Shown: one piece after another, positions 60,081-64,000 of the stretch | Numbering within the stretch: position 1 is the stretch's first letter | Layout of the letters: the number at the start of each line of letters is the position of its first letter | Assembly: GCA_963777505.1 (NCBI GenBank) | Contig: CAVZQN010000011.1 | Coordinates: 32,001-96,000 of the forward strand | From: an uncultured bacterium | Lineage (GTDB): Bacteria; Acidobacteriota; HRBIN11; JAKEFK01 | DNA length: 64,000 bases | Direction of reading: 5' to 3' | The notes under the pieces: model-generated | What the model saw: the letters and a program-made list of their open reading frames with translations, nothing else | The model's database searches: none | What the model was told of the DNA's origin: nothing | Translations under genes and position numbers: made by a program

Positions 60081-60576
60081 TTGATCGCTACACGTACAGC
60101 GAAGCGTTAAATTTTGCAGGTTCTGCGTCTGGCAGCATAATAATTACAAGTTGGGCGGCTGGATCTGAGACCCAAATAAGAATTGGACAATGCGTAAATA
60201 TTTCACCCCAGCTTCAGTCCGGACATTGAAGAATTTGCAATATTCGAATACTGTGTTAGTTGCTGAGGATTTGTAGGCGTTACGTTTACAGCCAATGTGA
60301 TCCAATTGAACGTGATTCAAACGCATGGCTGATTTCGATTCACTACCCTGTTGAGCCCACCGTCCATGGTGACTGCTGGTAACGCAGTGATTGTCAGTTG
60401 TGCAGACATCGTACGCATTCACCAACACATAACCGAAATTAGAAGTTAGATTTAGCGGTCGCCCGACTAGTCATTCCGAGTAATGGGCACGTTCGCAGGC
60501 ACTGTTCAGCGGTGATACTCAACGTTGCAGATAGTCTTTCGAGTTGATTTCGGTTAATTGATATCAAGGAGTAATT

Positions 60577-60951
60577 GTGAAAACTCAACCACCGAAAACC
60601 ATCGATGAATATATCGCGGGCTTTCCATCTGATGTTCAAAAGATTCTACAAAAGATTCGGTTGACGATTAGAAAAGCTGCTCCGGGTGCCGAAGAAGCAA
60701 TCAAGTATCAAATTCCTACCTTCGTCTTAAAAGGAAATTTGATTAGTTTCGCTGGGTACAAAAATCATATTGGGATATATCCTGCACCTGCCGGAACACA
60801 AAAATTCAACAAAGAGCTGTCTGTGTATAGAACCTCAAAGGCAACTGTAAGATTCCCACTGGATAAGCCAATTCCATACGACTTGATAATGCAGATTGTA
60901 AAATTTAGATTGGAGAAGATAAACGCGGATGCAAAATCGAAGAAAAAGTAA
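60577..60951 (+). CDS. DUF1801/YdhG family protein
   Basis: TIDEYI, EAIKYQIPTF, HIGIYP, FPLDKPIP. Confidence 0.88.
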   Translation: MKTQPPKTIDEYIAGFPSDVQKILQKIRLTIRKAAPGAEEAIKYQIPTFVLKGNLISFAGYKNHIGIYPAPAGTQKFNKELSVYRTSKATVRFPLDKPIPYDLIMQIVKFRLEKINADAKSKKK

Positions 60952-60960
60952 TTGGAAAGG

Positions 60961-61875
60961 ATGATGAAAAGACTTGAAGGCAAGATCGCACTAGTTGCAG
61001 GCGCAACGCGAGGTGCGGGTCGCGGGATTGCGATCGAATTAGGCGCTGCTGGCGCGACGGTGTACGTTACTGGCCGTACAACGCGAACACAACGTTCTGA
61101 GTTGAACCGTCCTGAAACGATTGAAGAAACCGCCGAGCTTGTGCAGCAAGCTGGCGGCAAGGCAATCGCTGTCCAGGTCGATCATCTGGATCCAGTGCAG
61201 GTTGAAAAATTGATTGCTAGAATCCAGCGCGAACAAAATCGTCTTGATATTTTAGTAAACGATGTTTGGGGTGCGGATTTCCTGATCCAATGGAATGTCC
61301 CGGTATGGGAACATTCACTCGAAAAAGGTTTACGGATGTTGCGGCTTGCGATTGACACTCACATCATCACGAGTCATTTCGCGTTACCTTTGATGATCAA
61401 GAATCCAGGTGGACTTGTGATTGAGATGACCGATGGTACGGCTGAATACAACAATGAAAAGTACCGATTGTCGCTGTTTTATGATCTTGCAAAGACTTCG
61501 GTCGTTCGCATGGCATGGTCACTAGCGCATGAACTTCGTCCGCATCAGTGCACTGCAATTGCGCTCACTCCGGGATGGTTGCGTTCCGAACAAATGTTGG
61601 ATAACTACGGTGTGAGCGAATCGAACTGGCGCGATGCAATTGCAAAGCAACCGCACTTTGTTATTACTGAAACACCGCATTATGTAGGCAGAGCCGTTGC
61701 GCATCTTGCCGCAGATCCGGAAGTGATACGATGGAGCGGTCAATCTCTTTCGAGCGGACAGCTCGCAAAAGTGTACGGCTTCAAGGATCTTGATGGTTCA
61801 CAACCAGATGCCTGGCGCTACGTTCGTGAAGTTCAGGATCCAGGCAAACCGGCCGATGCAACAGGATACAGGTAA
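60961..61875 (+). CDS. SDR family oxidoreductase
   Basis: AGATRGAGRG, YDLAK, PGWLRSE. Confidence 0.9.
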   Translation: MMKRLEGKIALVAGATRGAGRGIAIELGAAGATVYVTGRTTRTQRSELNRPETIEETAELVQQAGGKAIAVQVDHLDPVQVEKLIARIQREQNRLDILVNDVWGADFLIQWNVPVWEHSLEKGLRMLRLAIDTHIITSHFALPLMIKNPGGLVIEMTDGTAEYNNEKYRLSLFYDLAKTSVVRMAWSLAHELRPHQCTAIALTPGWLRSEQMLDNYGVSESNWRDAIAKQPHFVITETPHYVGRAVAHLAADPEVIRWSGQSLSSGQLAKVYGFKDLDGSQPDAWRYVREVQDPGKPADATGYR

Positions 61876-61879
61876 TCAA

Positions 61880-62233
61880 ATGATGAGCGAAAACAAAAGA
61901 ACGATTGAAAAATACATCGATGGCTTCAGGAAATCCGATCATGAACAAATCCTATCTTGCTTAACCGATGATGTTGAGTGGGAAATACCAGGCATGTTTC
62001 TTCTTGCTGGTAAGGATTCATTCGATAAAGAAATAGAAAATGATGCATTTGAAGGTAAGCCTAATCTAACGATTACCCGAATGATCGAAGAAAATGATGT
62101 TGTTGTTGCCGAAGGATCTGTTCAATCAAAGAAAAGAGGTGGAGATATTTTCAAGGCCGTATTCTGTGATGTTTTTGTCATGCGCAATGGAAAAATAAAA
62201 CGACTAACTTCATACTTGAACGAAGTGAAATAA
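61880..62233 (+). CDS. SnoaL/NTF2-like protein
   Basis: LTDDVEW..PG, FCDVF..RNGKI. Confidence 0.85.
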   Translation: MMSENKRTIEKYIDGFRKSDHEQILSCLTDDVEWEIPGMFLLAGKDSFDKEIENDAFEGKPNLTITRMIEENDVVVAEGSVQSKKRGGDIFKAVFCDVFVMRNGKIKRLTSYLNEVK

Positions 62234-62244
62234 GCTGCGTTAGC

Positions 62245-63045
62245 ATGATTATCGCTTTAGCTTCACCACGTATTGCTTCATCAATTGATGATGGATTAGA
62301 CAAAATCAAGCAACTCCTATCCAAATCATCCGATCAAGCTGCAGATATTGTTTGTTTTCCTGAGGCTTATCTACCTGGTTTGCGCGGGCAGGATTTTGAA
62401 GTGCCACCCTATGATCGAAAGAACCAGGAAATGGTTGAACATACTGTGGCAGAGTGGTCACGAATGTATAAAGTGGCAACCATCCTGGGAATGGAAAGAG
62501 TTACGGAAAGCGGCAGGCAAATCGTTGCCTTAGTGATCGACTCCGATGGGCAAATTCAGGGATATCAAACAAAAAATCAATTAGATCCAACGGAAGATCA
62601 ATTCTATGTGCCGGGAAATTCGCGTCAGCTTTTTGAAATCAAGGGAATGAAGTTTGGAATAGCGATTTGTCATGAAGGCTGGCGCTATCCCGAAACAGTG
62701 CGATGGGCTGCGACACGCGGTGCCAAAATCGTTTTTCATCCGCAACTCACCGGAAGCGATCGAGAAGGTGTTCACTTAACACAATGGGGCTCCTCCAGTG
62801 CTCCTTACTATGAGAAGGCGATGATGATGCGCAGCATTGAAAATACAATTTATTTTGCGAGTGTTAACTATGCTTTGCGCTTTCAAGAGTCGGCAACAAG
62901 CATCATCACGCCGTCAGGCCAGTGCATGGCTTACTTACCCTATGGGCAAGAAGGGGTTTTGGTGCAGGACATCAACGTCGAAGAAGCAACTGGATTGTTA
63001 GCTAATCGATATGCGCCAGAACGTCATCAGGCAAAAGAAGGCTAA
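62245..63045 (+). CDS. Carbon-nitrogen hydrolase (nitrilase family)
   Basis: FPE, K, ICHE catalytic triad. Confidence 0.88.
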   Translation: MIIALASPRIASSIDDGLDKIKQLLSKSSDQAADIVCFPEAYLPGLRGQDFEVPPYDRKNQEMVEHTVAEWSRMYKVATILGMERVTESGRQIVALVIDSDGQIQGYQTKNQLDPTEDQFYVPGNSRQLFEIKGMKFGIAICHEGWRYPETVRWAATRGAKIVFHPQLTGSDREGVHLTQWGSSSAPYYEKAMMMRSIENTIYFASVNYALRFQESATSIITPSGQCMAYLPYGQEGVLVQDINVEEATGLLANRYAPERHQAKEG

Positions 63046-63170
63046 TGCAAGCAAATAACGTGGCTTGATCGTTATTTTTGCAGCTCAACAAAAGGCAGGG
63101 GAGAAAGGGTGAAAGGGAGCAGGGGGAGATCCAAAGGGCTAGCCGCCTAAACTTTGTACAATAAAAGCGC

Positions 63171-63187
63171 TGTCTGAAACTCAGACA
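63171..63187. promoter_or_regulatory. Palindromic enhancer-like site
   Basis: TGTCTGA-AAC-TCAGACA about 100 bp upstream of the sigma54 promoter. Confidence 0.55.
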
Positions 63188-63281
63188 ACATCTCGTAAAT
63201 TCAATATTATCAGTAACTTACATTTATGGGCTGTATGGTTAATATACAGCCGTCCAAAATAGGCCTCGACGAGAGGCTATG

Positions 63282-63297
63282 TGGCATACCCTTTGCT
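63282..63297 (+). promoter_or_regulatory. Sigma54 -24/-12 promoter
   Basis: TGGCATACCCTTTGCT (GG-N10-GC). Confidence 0.75.
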
Positions 63298-63320
63298 TCT
63301 TAATGGGTGGGGACAACGAA

Positions 63321-63710
63321 ATGACTGGAAAAAAACAGATCTTAATTTTAGACGACGAACCGAGTATCACGTTCAGTTTGTCGCGATGCTTACAATCGGA
63401 TTCAGTACATGTCATCAGTTGTAATGATTCACAATCAGCACGCAGCGTAATTGCAGGGGACGGAATTGATGCGATCATTGCTGACATTCGACTGTCTGCT
63501 GTGAATTCCAGAGAATCCCTTGATTTTATTCAGTTCGTAAGATCTCGCAGTAATGAAATGCCTCTAATCATGATGTCGGGCAACGAGGATTTGATGAACG
63601 AGGCAATGCAGGAAGGAGCTAATTACTTCTTCCACAAGCCCGTTGATGTTGACGAGTTGATCCACCTCCTTCAGGGGTTGGGGTTAGAAGTGGGTCAGAA
63701 GCATGTCTGA
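63321..63710 (+). CDS. Stand-alone response regulator receiver
   Basis: ILDDE, IADIRL, MSG, HKP. Confidence 0.88.
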   Translation: MTGKKQILILDDEPSITFSLSRCLQSDSVHVISCNDSQSARSVIAGDGIDAIIADIRLSAVNSRESLDFIQFVRSRSNEMPLIMMSGNEDLMNEAMQEGANYFFHKPVDVDELIHLLQGLGLEVGQKHV

Positions 63711-64000
63711 GGATTTGGATGGGGGCGTATAAGGAGTTTCGATAGAGGCGACGTAAGTCGCCTGGCAGGGCAAACGTCCGATCGGGGGGTCGGGCGTTTG
63801 TTCCGGAAATAATAAGGGAATTTTGGGGAGTCTATAAGGGGTTTTTGAATAGGGAGTTTTGGGAGTTTATAAGGGAGTTTTAAAGAGGTTAGGGGTTTAA
63901 TAATACGATTGGGGTCGTATTATAGGGATCTTGTAGGGGGATGTATTTCACCAAGTTGGTGAAGGGTTTACAATTCACTGTTAGCACCTCCAAGGAAAAG
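63711..64000 (+). other. Non-coding GGA-rich, hairpin-containing tract
   Basis: Repeated ATAAGGGA/AGGGAGTTT units plus four hairpins. Confidence 0.5.

Overview
Gene-dense bacterial chromosomal window. The gene mix (many stand-alone receiver domains, a secretin, a kinase-PEGA-TonB fusion, a GT4 cluster) looks Acidobacteriota-like, but that is inference. Housekeeping genes include thiL, larE-like, glgC, ftsK, uppP, rsmA, cysS, galT, yraN, ETF-QO and three tRNAs (Gly-GCC, Cys-GCA, Leu-TAA). There is also a fatty-acid uptake cluster (CaiB, TPR, FadL, FadD), a surface-glycan cluster (UbiA-type phosphoribosyltransferase plus four GT4s), several two-component systems and an ECF sigma/anti-sigma pair. 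No integrase, transposase, prophage or CRISPR array is visible. The most notable observations are: (1) a stand-alone class I aminoacyl-tRNA-synthetase-like protein lacking an obvious anticodon-binding domain; (2) a type VII ABC system whose second permease appears split, with its N-half fused to an AttH/CrtC-like domain; (3) at least four dispersed palindromic/REP repeat families, including a ~155-bp nested palindrome in two copies; (4) twin near-identical sigma54 promoters driving stand-alone receivers; (5) a GGA-rich, hairpin-rich CsrB-like tract at the window end; (6) a Gly-Cys-Leu tRNA cluster split by 4.3 kb of accessory genes. Several genes carry single-base frameshifts, probably sequencing errors.
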